Assembly: GCA_040767085.1 (NCBI GenBank)
Contig: JAXGPF010000013.1
Location: 129,093 to 193,092, forward strand
DNA: 64,000 bases
Source: Kiritimatiellia bacterium
Lineage (GTDB): Bacteria > Verrucomicrobiota > Kiritimatiellia > JAAZAB01
Direction of reading: 5' to 3'
How positions within the stretch are numbered: the stretch's first letter is position 1; each line of letters begins with the position of its first letter. The position numbers were made by a program, and so were the translations under genes. The notes below the pieces were generated by a model, which was given only the letters and a program-made list of their open reading frames with translations, searched no databases and was not told the DNA's origin. This document shows, in pieces, positions 1 to 10,775 of this stretch.

Positions 1-640
1 TTGCCTTCCGTATGGGCGTGCCCGACGAAGTGCCGCGGGTCAGGATGGTGTAAGGTTCGCCGCCGATCATGGCCGGGACCGCCCCGGAGAGTTGCGCGGT
101 AAGATTTGACAGCGTGTCCTGGTACACCTGATGGATCAGGTTGGAGATGATAGGTTTGGCTATGGCGGCGTTGCGTGCCGGCGGAACGGAATCCGCCGGG
201 CCCGCTGGCCATACCAGCGGCGTGTTGATTTGAACGATTGCCAGGCCCATCCCCATGAGCTCCGCCTTTTGCGCGGGGGAAGGCGTCACGATCAGCCGGC
301 GGCCGTCGTCATACAAGGCGGCGATTTGCTTCCGACCCCGCGCCAGCGCGCCAGGCAGGCGCTCGATGGCCAGCGAGAGCGCGGCAATATCCGGGTTGTG
401 CGCCAGCACGGTGAAAGGCCATCCGGCCTGCTCCAGTTCGGCCGCGGTCGCCACGGCCAGAACATACTCACGTCCGCCGGCGTCGGACAAATGGGCATGG
501 ACCGGCAGTCCCAGCCGGTCCACCCGATCCATCGCCTCCACGCGCGCCAGCACGGCGTCCGGCCGCTGGCCCATAGCCGGGTAAACCGTCAGGATCATGG
601 AAAGGCAAGCCAACAGCGGACCTAATCGGGCGGTTTTCAT
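1..640 (-). CDS. Exported protein, N-terminal part only (runs off window); possibly M28-family aminopeptidase
   Basis: Own translation from ATG at 640: MKTARLGPLLACLSMILTVYPAMG (signal-like), open to the window edge; ISNLIHQV..TLSNLTAQLSG..IGGEPYTILTRGTSSG resembles the lead-in to M28 peptidase domains. Confidence 0.5.
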   Translation of the reverse strand, partial: MKTARLGPLLACLSMILTVYPAMGQRPDAVLARVEAMDRVDRLGLPVHAHLSDAGGREYVLAVATAAELEQAGWPFTVLAHNPDIAALSLAIERLPGALARGRKQIAALYDDGRRLIVTPSPAQKAELMGMGLAIVQINTPLVWPAGPADSVPPARNAAIAKPIISNLIHQVYQDTLSNLTAQLSGAVPAMIGGEPYTILTRGTSSGTPIRKA

Positions 641-682
641 TTTTTCGATTCCTGTGTTTGGTCTGGTAATGGCAAATTCGCG

Positions 683-2623
683 TCAGACGAACCCGATGCG
701 CTGGCAGTTAAGTTTTTCCTCGGGGATTTCGCGGATGAACCGCGAGGGCATGAAGAAATTCATGCCGCCGTCAAAAGACCGGCGGGTTTCGGGAGCGCAC
801 AGGGTCAGGTCGTCCTTCGCGCGGGTGACGGCGACGTAGAACAGGCGGCGCTCTTCCTCCTCGCCGTCGGCATCCTCCATGGAGCGCATGGAGGGAAACA
901 TGCCGTCGGCCGCCCAGATGATGAACACCGTTTGCCATTCCAGGCCCTTAGCCTGGTGCACGGTGCTCAGGCGCAGGCAATCGCGGTCCCGGCCGGCGGC
1001 GACGTCGTTTTCCGCGTCCACGTTGGTCACCAGCGCCACCTCGTTCAGAAAATCGGCGGTGGATTCGAAGTCGGCGGTGAAGAGAATCATCTCGCGGATA
1101 TCGTCCAGGCGCCGCCGGGCATCCTCGTAGGTGTCCAGGGCGTATTTCTCGTAAAATGCCTTGACGAATAGTCCGATCGCTTCGCCCGGGTCGTCGGCGA
1201 GTGCTTCGTCGAAATATTTTTCCAGCACCGGCTGCACTGCCCGCCAGGGCGGGCGGGCGCCTTCCGGCAGCAGGTTGAGCAGCGCCGCGCGGGCGGCGGG
1301 ATCCTTGACCTCGCAGCGGTCGCCGAGTTTATGCCACAAGCGTTCGGCGGTCTTCGGCCCCACGCCGGGGAACATGCCCAGCAGGCGTTTGAAGGCCAGG
1401 ATGTCGCTGGGATTGTGCAGGACGCGCAGGAAGGCGCAGGCATCCTTGATATGGGCTTGTTCGAAGAACCGCACGCCGGAGGTGACGATATAGGGGATAT
1501 GTTCCCGCGCCAGCACCATTTGCAGTTCCATGGCGTGGTGGTGGGCGCGGTAAAGGATGGCCATGTCGCGCCAGGCGCCGCCGGCCTGGCGGCGCCGGCG
1601 CAACTGGTCCACGACATAGCGGGCCTGGTGGTCGCCGTCGCGCAGCAGGGCCAGCACCGGCTTGCGGTGCGCCGGCCGGGTAGGGCGGAGCACCTTGCTG
1701 AATTGCTTGGGATTGCCGGCAATGCAGCAGTTGGCCACTTCCAGGATTTCCGGAACGCTGCGGTAGTTGGTTTCCAGCTTGAACATTTTGGCGTCGGGAT
1801 AGCGGTCGGGGAAGGACATGATATTGCGGTAATCCGCGCCGCGCCAGGCATAGATGCTCTGGAAATCGTCGCCCACCACCAGCAGGTTGCGATGCTGGGC
1901 GGCCAGCAGGTCCACCAATTCGGCCTGGACGGAATTGGTATCCTGGTATTCATCCACCATGGTGTACAGGAAGTGCTCGCGGTAATGCGCCAGCGCCGCC
2001 GGCTGCTCGTGGAAGAGTCGCAGGCTGTTGAGGAGCAGGTCGTCGAAATCCATCAGGTTTTGTTTGGTTTTTTTGTCTTGGTATCTGCGGTAAACCTTCA
2101 GCACGTCGGTTTCGTCCACCGGGTGGTTTTCAAAGCGCTCCCGGATCAGCTCCTCGATGACCAGGCGCCGGTTGGCGGCGGCGCTGAACAATGCCAGCAG
2201 GACTTCCGGCTTGGGGAATTCGCGGCTTTTCAACTTCAAATCGGCCAGGCATTCGCGCATGAGGGTGCGGCTGTCATCGGCGTCCAGGATGGTGAAATCG
2301 GCGGTGTAGCCGATGAGGTGGGCGGTGCGGCGCAGAATGCGGTTGGCCATGTGGTGGAAAGTGCCGCCCCACATCCCGCCCACGCCCTGGCTGACCAGGG
2401 CCTCGGCCCGCGCGAGCATTTCCTTGGCCGCGCGGTTGGTGAAAGTCAGCAGCAGCAGGCGGCGCGGGTCCGCGCCCCGGCTGAGCAGGTAGGCCACCCG
2501 GTAAACCAGGGTGCGGGTTTTGCCGGTGCCGGCGGCGGCCAGGATAAACAGGGGGCCATCCGGGGCGGTCACCGCGGCCAATTGTTCCGGGTTCAATTCG
2601 CGTTCGAAGTCAATTTGCGCCAT
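683..2623 (-). CDS. ATP-dependent DNA helicase, UvrD/PcrA/Rep family
   Basis: LNPEQ Q-motif, AAAGTGKT Walker A, LTFTNRAA, VDEYQD, VGDDFQSIY, STVHQAKGLEW, EERRLFYVAVTRAK. Confidence 0.95.
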   Translation of the reverse strand: MAQIDFERELNPEQLAAVTAPDGPLFILAAAGTGKTRTLVYRVAYLLSRGADPRRLLLLTFTNRAAKEMLARAEALVSQGVGGMWGGTFHHMANRILRRTAHLIGYTADFTILDADDSRTLMRECLADLKLKSREFPKPEVLLALFSAAANRRLVIEELIRERFENHPVDETDVLKVYRRYQDKKTKQNLMDFDDLLLNSLRLFHEQPAALAHYREHFLYTMVDEYQDTNSVQAELVDLLAAQHRNLLVVGDDFQSIYAWRGADYRNIMSFPDRYPDAKMFKLETNYRSVPEILEVANCCIAGNPKQFSKVLRPTRPAHRKPVLALLRDGDHQARYVVDQLRRRRQAGGAWRDMAILYRAHHHAMELQMVLAREHIPYIVTSGVRFFEQAHIKDACAFLRVLHNPSDILAFKRLLGMFPGVGPKTAERLWHKLGDRCEVKDPAARAALLNLLPEGARPPWRAVQPVLEKYFDEALADDPGEAIGLFVKAFYEKYALDTYEDARRRLDDIREMILFTADFESTADFLNEVALVTNVDAENDVAAGRDRDCLRLSTVHQAKGLEWQTVFIIWAADGMFPSMRSMEDADGEEEERRLFYVAVTRAKDDLTLCAPETRRSFDGGMNFFMPSRFIREIPEEKLNCQRIGFV

Positions 2624-3467
2624 GGTCCCCCGCCACCGCCACCATGGCCAATTGCATGCGATCCGCCGCCTGGATCACTTTCTCGCGCTCCAGCAAAATT
2701 GTGCGGCCAGCTTCCACGGCCAGCGCGCCGGCGCCGGCTTTCTTGAGGATGGCCATGGTTTTCAGACCCACCACCGGGATATCGAAGCGCATGTCATGCC
2801 CTTGCTTGGCGACTTTCACCGCTACCAGGCCCAGGCCGCCCAGTTTGCCGGCTCGCAGCAAGGCGGCATCCGTGCCCTCAAACGCTTCGACGGCGAGGAT
2901 GACGCCTTCCTTGACGGCCACCGTCTGGCCGATTTCCAGGCTGCTGATGGTTTTGGCCACGCGCAGACCCAGTTCAATATCGCTTTGTTCGCGCGCGGTC
3001 GGCGCGCGCGCGCTCAATTGGCCGGGCGCCGGCATGGCCTGCTCCATGAACAGCCAGGCCGGCAGCAAGGTCACCCCCGCGGTTTGCAACTCGGCGCTGA
3101 CGGCGCCGAAAATAGTATGGGCATTGCGCGCCCGCAAGCCGGCCAGGATTTGCAGGGCCCGGCGGTCCGGGCGCAGGCGGAAAAGGCTGGTAGGGGTGAT
3201 CTGGCCGGCCATCACCGCCTGGCGGATGCCGGCGCGGCGGAGCAATGTCAGCATGGCCTCCAGTTGGCCGAAATTCAGCCAGTGGACTTCATCCGCCAGT
3301 TTGGCGATGGACGGATCGGTTTCTTTCTTGAAGGCCACGGCCACCAGGCGTTGGACTCCCTGGCGCCGGGCGGATTCCGCCAGCAGCAGCGGGTAGGCGC
3401 CGCGCCCGGCGATCAGGCCTAGCTGGTCGGGCAGGGCAATGCTGGGATTGAGTTTGCTGGCGGGCAT
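2610..3467 (-). CDS. lpxI: UDP-2,3-diacylglucosamine diphosphatase LpxI (DUF1009)
   Basis: LGLIAGRGAYP, EIGQTVAV, AVEAFEGTD, DMRFDIPVVG, LAVEAG motifs. Confidence 0.9.
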   Translation of the reverse strand: MPASKLNPSIALPDQLGLIAGRGAYPLLLAESARRQGVQRLVAVAFKKETDPSIAKLADEVHWLNFGQLEAMLTLLRRAGIRQAVMAGQITPTSLFRLRPDRRALQILAGLRARNAHTIFGAVSAELQTAGVTLLPAWLFMEQAMPAPGQLSARAPTAREQSDIELGLRVAKTISSLEIGQTVAVKEGVILAVEAFEGTDAALLRAGKLGGLGLVAVKVAKQGHDMRFDIPVVGLKTMAILKKAGAGALAVEAGRTILLEREKVIQAADRMQLAMVAVAGDHGAN

Positions 3468-3512
3468 GGCATGGCGCAGAGCGTGAATCCTGGTTGGGGT
3501 TAGTGAGGCCTC

Positions 3513-3540
3513 ATCATACCATGCCAGGACTCCATGTCAA
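3513..3540 (-). promoter_or_regulatory. Sigma70-type promoter for lpxI-helicase
   Basis: Minus strand TTGACA-N16-TATGAT, 46 nt upstream of the lpxI start. Confidence 0.6.
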
Positions 3541-3638
3541 TCCGCGGTTCTGCCGTGCGCCGGGAAAAGGATGAAGCAAAAGGTCATTTTAAAACCGGCG
3601 GAAGAAGAATCGTTTCAAACCGGCGTTGACAGTCTTCG

Positions 3639-3664
3639 GTAGGGCGGGCAGTCCCTTGCCCGCC
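3639..3664 (+). repeat. GTAG-type REP-like palindrome
   Basis: GTAGGGCGGGCAGTCCCTTGCCCGCC; related copies at 10143-10160 (reverse) and 59874-59899. Confidence 0.65.
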
Positions 3665-3686
3665 TTGATTATCACGGCGCGGCGCG

Positions 3687-4070
3687 CTAGGCGCGGTCAT
3701 CCGGCTGGCGGATCGGATTCTTCTCTTTACCGTGGCTGTATTTGATGATTTTGATCTTTTCCAGCGTGATCAATCCTCCGGATTGGGCCTCTTCAAAAAG
3801 GGCATCCAGCACGGGCAGGAAGCGGTTAATTTTTTCCTCCTCGTCGGAAATTTCGACAACAATGGGGAGGTCCGTCGAAAGATCAAGAATTTTGGCTGTT
3901 CGGATGCGGCTGTTACGGCCGAACCCCATCACACCTCTCCAGGCGGTTGCCCCCGCCAGCCCGAATTTTCGCGCTTCCTTGACGATCACTTCGTAGAGAG
4001 AGGTGTGATTGACCTTGTCGGACTCGCCCAGAAAAATGCGCAAAAGTTTCGCATCTTCTTTCAACTCCAT
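3687..4070 (-). CDS. DUF190 family protein (PII-like, CrcB-associated)
   Basis: LLRIFLGESD, GLAGATAWRGVMGFG, LSTDLPIVVEI, GGLITLE; overlaps the crcB stop. Confidence 0.9.
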   Translation of the reverse strand: MELKEDAKLLRIFLGESDKVNHTSLYEVIVKEARKFGLAGATAWRGVMGFGRNSRIRTAKILDLSTDLPIVVEISDEEEKINRFLPVLDALFEEAQSGGLITLEKIKIIKYSHGKEKNPIRQPDDRA

Positions 4071-4471
4071 AATCCACCTCCGGTTTTAACGAGGATTCGC
4101 ACAGCCATGTCTCCGGCGATAAAAGCCAGCATGGAGAGCAGGAAAGTCCCGGCGGCGTAGATTGTTGCATACAGATATTCGCTGGCGCGCACCATTTCCG
4201 CGGTTTCATAGATCATGGATGACATGGTGGTGAATCCCCCGCAGAACCCGGTGGCAAGGGCCAGGCGGATTTCCGGGGGCAGGGTGGCGCCGCGGGCCGA
4301 AAGTCCGGTGAGCATGCCGATCAACAGGCAGCCGAGGACGTTGGCTGCCAGGGTGCCGCAGGGCCAAGACAGCGCGAAGCGCTGCGTGGCGACACTCAAC
4401 CCGTACCGGGCCGCCGATCCGGCAAAACCGCCCAAACCCACCAGCAGGGTCATGCCCCATGGATTTGTCAT
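4061..4471 (-). CDS. crcB: Fluoride efflux channel CrcB/FluC
   Basis: GGFAGSAARY, GTLAANVLGC, TGFCGGFTTMSS; start placed at MTNPW after GGAGA. Confidence 0.9.
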   Translation of the reverse strand: MTNPWGMTLLVGLGGFAGSAARYGLSVATQRFALSWPCGTLAANVLGCLLIGMLTGLSARGATLPPEIRLALATGFCGGFTTMSSMIYETAEMVRASEYLYATIYAAGTFLLSMLAFIAGDMAVRILVKTGGGLWS

Positions 4472-4524
4472 TGATTCTCCCGGCACCCGGCCGGCGCCGG
4501 CCCGCTTGCAGCAATATGCCCGAT

Positions 4525-4564
4525 TCCATGGCGGCATGATGGGTCAACAGCATGCCGCCATGGA
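4525..4564. repeat. Perfect 14-bp inverted repeat just downstream of glnA (hairpin without U-tract)
   Basis: TCCATGGCGGCATG-12 nt-CATGCCGCCATGGA. Confidence 0.6.
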
Positions 4565-4569
4565 GCGGC

Positions 4570-5994
4570 TCAGATGTCGTAGTACAGGGCGAATTCCCAG
4601 GGGTGGGGCCGCAAATCCAGCGCCATCACCTCGTTTTTCATCTTGTAGTTGATCCAGGTATCCACCACGTCCGGGGTGAAGACGTCGCCTTTCAACAGGT
4701 AATCCTGATCGGCGGCCAGCGCCTTCAACGCCTCCCGCAGCGAGCCGGGCGTCTGCGGCACCTGGGCGGCTTCCTCTGGCGGCAAATCGTAAATATCCTT
4801 GTCCAGCGGCTCGCCGGGATGAATCTTGTTCAGGATGCCGTCCAGCGCCGCCATCAGGATTGCCGACATCGCCAGGTAGGGGTTGCAGCTTGGATCGGGA
4901 CACCGGAATTCGACGCGCTTGGCCTTGTCCGACGGCGAATACATCGGCAGGCGCACGGCCGCGCTGCGGTTGCGCCGCGAATAAGCCAGGTTGACCGGCG
5001 CCTCATAGCCCGGCACCAGCCGTTTGTAACTGTTGGTGGTCGGGCTGACGAACGCCAGGAGCGACGGCGCATGCTTGAGAATGCCGCCGATGGCGAACAT
5101 CGCCATTTCCGACATGCCCGCGTAGCCGTCGCCGGCGAACAGGTTCCGATCGTTCTTCCAGAGCGACATGTGCACATGCATGCCGCTGCCATTGTCGTTA
5201 AAGAGCGGCTTGGGCATGAAAGTCGCCGTTTTGTTGTGGGCCAGCGCGACGTTCTTGATTACATATTTGTATTTCAAAAGGTTGTCGGCGATGTTCACCA
5301 GGGAATTGTAGCGCATGTCAATTTCGCATTGCCCGCCGGTGGCGACTTCGTGGTGCTGGGCTTCAATCGGCACGCCGATGCGTTCCAGGGTCAGCATCAT
5401 CTCGCTGCGGATGTCCTGGAGGGTGTCGCTCGGGGGGACGGGAAAATAGCCTTCCTTGTAGCGCGTCTTGTAGCCCAGGTTGGGATTTTCCACGCGGCCG
5501 CTGTTCCATTGACCTTCCACGGAATCCAGGTAGTAATAGCCTTCATGGGCATTCTGGTCGAAGCGGACATCGTCAAAAATGAAAAATTCCGCCTCCGGGC
5601 CGAAGTAACCCGTGTCGGCGAGGCCGGTCCGGCGCAGGTAGGCTTCCGCCTTGCGGGCGATATTGCGCGGGTCCCGGGTGTAATCTTCGCCGGTGATGGG
5701 ATCGCAGATATTACAGATCATCACCAGGGTTTTGGCTTTGAAAAACGGGTCAATGAATGCCGTCTCGGATTGCGGTTTCACCAGCATGTCGGACTCGTTG
5801 ATTGCCTGCCAGCCGCGGATGCTGGACCCGTCAAAGCCCAGCCCCCGTTCGAAAGTATCCTCGTCCACCGCCGCCGCCGGCACGGAAAAATGCTGCCAAA
5901 GTCCCGGAAAATCCATGAACCGGAAATCCACCACTTCAATCTGCTCGCGTTTAATCAAACTGACTACATCCGCGGGGTGCTTAATACCGTCCAT
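4570..5994 (-). CDS. glnA: Type I glutamine synthetase
   Basis: [66 protein letters not shown] before ATG at 5994. Confidence 0.97.
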   Translation of the reverse strand: MDGIKHPADVVSLIKREQIEVVDFRFMDFPGLWQHFSVPAAAVDEDTFERGLGFDGSSIRGWQAINESDMLVKPQSETAFIDPFFKAKTLVMICNICDPITGEDYTRDPRNIARKAEAYLRRTGLADTGYFGPEAEFFIFDDVRFDQNAHEGYYYLDSVEGQWNSGRVENPNLGYKTRYKEGYFPVPPSDTLQDIRSEMMLTLERIGVPIEAQHHEVATGGQCEIDMRYNSLVNIADNLLKYKYVIKNVALAHNKTATFMPKPLFNDNGSGMHVHMSLWKNDRNLFAGDGYAGMSEMAMFAIGGILKHAPSLLAFVSPTTNSYKRLVPGYEAPVNLAYSRRNRSAAVRLPMYSPSDKAKRVEFRCPDPSCNPYLAMSAILMAALDGILNKIHPGEPLDKDIYDLPPEEAAQVPQTPGSLREALKALAADQDYLLKGDVFTPDVVDTWINYKMKNEVMALDLRPHPWEFALYYDI

Positions 5995-6098
5995 TGTGGC
6001 TCCTGTATAATTTGTTGATACCTGATTCCGATAAACCCCGGTCATGCAGCAATCTTGCATGCCTGACCAGAACGAACTCAAAACCAATTTCTTGTTTT

Positions 6099-6115
6099 AG
6101 CATTTATCGTGCCAA
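6099..6115 (-). promoter_or_regulatory. Sigma54 (-24/-12) promoter of glnA
   Basis: Minus strand TTGGCACGATAAATGCT = GG-N10-GC, about 105 nt upstream of the start. Confidence 0.8.
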
Positions 6116-6474
6116 GGTTGCTGAAATAATTCGAATTTATTTCAGAAGTCAGGTTTTGAAAGCAATATTCAGTAAGCACATCAGATGCCGAACGCCGTTC
6201 GGCTACTACAGCAGATTCACTACGGAGACGCGGAGGCGCAGGGCAATCCGGTCTCGCCTGTGCTCCTCTGATCTCTGTGGTTAAATCCTTATCCGGCCGC
6301 CGGTTTCTGGCGAGGAGCAAAAAGTTAAAAAATTAAGGTTTTATGAACAACGGACACGGAACGCTTCTTAAAATACAAATATGTAATATCAAATCATCAA
6401 TAGTACAAAAATGTAGTTGATGTTACGGAAGATGTCGAAAATGTGCGGAAATGAAAAAATGGGCGAATCGATTC

Positions 6475-7692
6475 CTAGCGGGTCAGGCGGGCAAAGCCCC
6501 GCTTGCCGACCTGCAAGATGCAGCCCGTGGCAACTTCCACGTCGGCCCGGGGGTCGGTTATTTTCTGGTCGCCCAGGCGGACGGCGCCCTGCTGGACCAG
6601 GCGCCGGGCGGCGGCGTTGCTTTCCGCCAGGCCGGCGGCTACGATGAGGGCGGCCACCCAGATGCGATTATCCTTGAATTGGTCGGCTGGCAGGACCACT
6701 TCGGGCATATCCTTGGGCAGTTGATGTTCGGCGAAAACCCTTTTGAATTCCACTGCGGCGGCCGCGGCCGCCTCCGCGCCGTGGAACTTGCCGGTCACGG
6801 CCTGCGCCAATTCGTCCTTGAGATCGCGGGGATGCAGTTTTCCCGCGGCCAGGGCCTGTTGTCGGCTGACAGTTTCAGAGGCCGGCCGGCACAGGACCAG
6901 TTCGAAGTACCGCCACATCAACTCGTCGGGGATGGACATCAATTTGCCGTACATGGCGTCGGGCGGTTCCGTCACCCCGACGTAGTTGCCGAGGCTTTTG
7001 CTCATTTTACGGTTGCCGTCCAAGCCTTCCAGCAGCGGCAGGGTCAGCACGGACTGCTGTTCCTTGCCGAAAGCCTTTTGCAGGTCGCGGCCGACCAGCA
7101 GGTTAAACAACTGGTCGGTGCCGCCGATTTCGACATCGGCGTCAACCATCACCGAATCGTATCCCTGCACCAGGGGGTAGAGCAGTTCCACCAGCGACAC
7201 CGGGAAATTCGCCTGCATCCTTTTTTGAAAATCCTCCCGCGCCAGCATGCGGGCAACGGTAATTTTAGCGGTCAGACGCAGGATATCTTCGAATTTCAGG
7301 GGCGCGCACCATTCGGAATTAAAACGGACTTCCGTGCGCCGCGGATCGAGGATTTTAAAAACCTGTTCCTGGTAACTGCGGGCATTGTCCTGGACTTGTG
7401 CGCGCGTCAGGGGCGGACGGGTATCGGAGCGTCCGGAAGGATCGCCGATCATGCCGGTGAAATCGCCGATGATGAAGACCACCAGGTGCCCCAGGTCCTG
7501 GAATTCGCGGAGTTTGTTCAGCCCCACCACGTGCCCCAGGTGGATATCCGGCGCGGAGGGGTCGGCCCCGTATTTGACGCGCAATGGCCGGTTAGCGGCG
7601 CGGGCCTGTTCCAGTTTGCGGCGCAACTCGTCGCGGGAGACCAGGTCTACAGCCCGGTCCGTGATGATGTCCAGTTGTTGATCGATTTCCAT
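6475..7692 (-). CDS. tyrS: Tyrosine--tRNA ligase
   Basis: GADPSAPDIHLGH (HIGH), GDFTGMIGDPSG, YPLVQGYD, GGTDQ, KMSKS, C-terminal S4-like domain. Confidence 0.97.
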   Translation of the reverse strand: MEIDQQLDIITDRAVDLVSRDELRRKLEQARAANRPLRVKYGADPSAPDIHLGHVVGLNKLREFQDLGHLVVFIIGDFTGMIGDPSGRSDTRPPLTRAQVQDNARSYQEQVFKILDPRRTEVRFNSEWCAPLKFEDILRLTAKITVARMLAREDFQKRMQANFPVSLVELLYPLVQGYDSVMVDADVEIGGTDQLFNLLVGRDLQKAFGKEQQSVLTLPLLEGLDGNRKMSKSLGNYVGVTEPPDAMYGKLMSIPDELMWRYFELVLCRPASETVSRQQALAAGKLHPRDLKDELAQAVTGKFHGAEAAAAAAVEFKRVFAEHQLPKDMPEVVLPADQFKDNRIWVAALIVAAGLAESNAAARRLVQQGAVRLGDQKITDPRADVEVATGCILQVGKRGFARLTR

Positions 7693-7718
7693 GGCGTGGC
7701 GCGCAGGATCAAGACTGT

Positions 7719-8015
7719 CACCTTAATCCGTGACGGGATTTTATGTTGTTAAGACAATGTCTGAATAAACAACAATTTATGAAGTTTTACAATATCACCA
7801 AAGATGTGCGGCGTTGTTTGACTGAAAAGACCGCCCTGCGGGTGAGGCCATTGTGCCGCATCTGCTTTGTTGCGAAGGATCCCGCTTTGCGGGATAAACT
7901 TGCGGCTTGTCCCGCTATAGCGGGATATGTTTATACAGCTTCATCCTTCGCGCCGCGCATCCTTGTCCCGCTTCCAGCGGGATGCGGCATACTGGCCTCA
8001 TCACGGATTCAGGTG
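7719..8015. mobile_element. MITE-like element with 15-bp terminal inverted repeats and an internal branched hairpin
   Basis: CACCTTAATCCGTGA (7719-7733) vs TCACGGATTCAGGTG (8001-8015), 14/15 complementary; nested stems 7843-8000. Confidence 0.6.
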
Positions 8016-8111
8016 TTATCCAGCGCACAGAATGGCCGGCCGCCAGGCCGCGCTTGCCTGCCGGCAATGGGCCGCCGGGATGGCGGTCCATTGCCATGCC
8101 GGGCAGCGGTA

Positions 8112-9929
<1,818 letters not shown>

Positions 9930-10080
9930 GTTTGATTGCTTTGCTTGGTTTGCGGGCTTGGTTGATAATGAGTTAAGCTCCAGGCGGAAACAGCCCAATA
10001 ATTTCCGGCTAAACTGGAAAACCTGCCATTTTCCGCTGCAAATAGCAAGCTAAAAAATGTTTATGCGAATTTTAACGGGT

Positions 10081-10226
10081 GGGCTGCGTCATTTTCAGAA
10101 CAGACGGATCGGTACGGAGACCTCGCCCTACCATCGGATCAAAGGACTGGCCGCCCTACCGGTTCACAAGCATTTGTCGTGGGTAGGGCGAGACCTCCGG
10201 GCGAGCCGCCGAAAATGACGCAGTCC
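10081..10226. repeat. REPIN/MITE-like element: 13-bp terminal inverted repeats enclosing three GTAGGGCG REP-like arms
   Basis: CTGCGTCATTTTC (10084-10096) / GAAAATGACGCAG (10211-10223); internal CGCCCTACC twice and GGTAGGGCG once. Confidence 0.65.
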
Positions 10227-10264
10227 TGATTTTAACTGCTGGTCCCGGCCGGCGGCGGGCGGGT

Positions 10265-10633
10265 TTATGCCTCGCGTCGCGGCGGCAGGGGCTTCTTGAC
10301 GCCTGCTTCGTCCAGGCGCACGAAGGTGATGGCGGTGCTGAAAATATGGCGTTCGGGCCGGTCGCCCGCCGCGACTTCAAACACATCCACGCTGTAGGAA
10401 GTCGAGGTGGTGCCGGTGCGGACATGGGCGGAGCGGAACCGCAGGATGCCGCCGTTCTCGACGCGTTGCCGGAAGACAATCCGGTCCATGGCGATGGTCA
10501 CCAGGACGCACCCGGGGAAATCCAGCGAAGCGGCGATCCAGGCGAATTCATCCACCCACTTCAAGAGCGCCCCTCCGAAAAGGAATCCCTGGTGGTTCAA
10601 GTGTTCCGGCCGCACGATGACGTAATTGTCCAT
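10265..10633 (-). CDS. Acyl-CoA thioesterase (hotdog fold)
   Basis: VRPEHLNHQGFLFGGALLKWVDE, VRTGTTS, ITFVRLDE. Confidence 0.9.
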   Translation of the reverse strand: MDNYVIVRPEHLNHQGFLFGGALLKWVDEFAWIAASLDFPGCVLVTIAMDRIVFRQRVENGGILRFRSAHVRTGTTSTSYSVDVFEVAAGDRPERHIFSTAITFVRLDEAGVKKPLPPRREA

Positions 10634-10775
10634 AGCTTGTATTATAAAGCGCGCGGGCGCGGTTAAGCAAGCAATACTTGAAGTCCAGCCGATTAATTAT
10701 CTTGACTCGCCCCGCATGCCGGATATCGTTTTGGGCTGTGTGTCTGTGTGTTCTTTCTTTTGGAAGGAGTAAGTC

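Noticed and set aside
4472-4569. Fluoride riboswitch upstream of crcB
   Set aside because: No GGCGATG...TGATG aptamer pattern; only a simple hairpin.
1331-6018. Long antisense ORFs (1331-2746, 4552-6018, and likewise 6451-7752, 15074-16573, 34074-35657, 54570-56057)
   Set aside because: They shadow well-supported genes on the opposite strand, lack motifs and are expected in high-GC coding DNA.
7693-8110. T-box leader for tyrS
   Set aside because: No T-box UGGNACC antiterminator bulge found; the structure is better explained by a TIR-bounded repeat shared with other loci.
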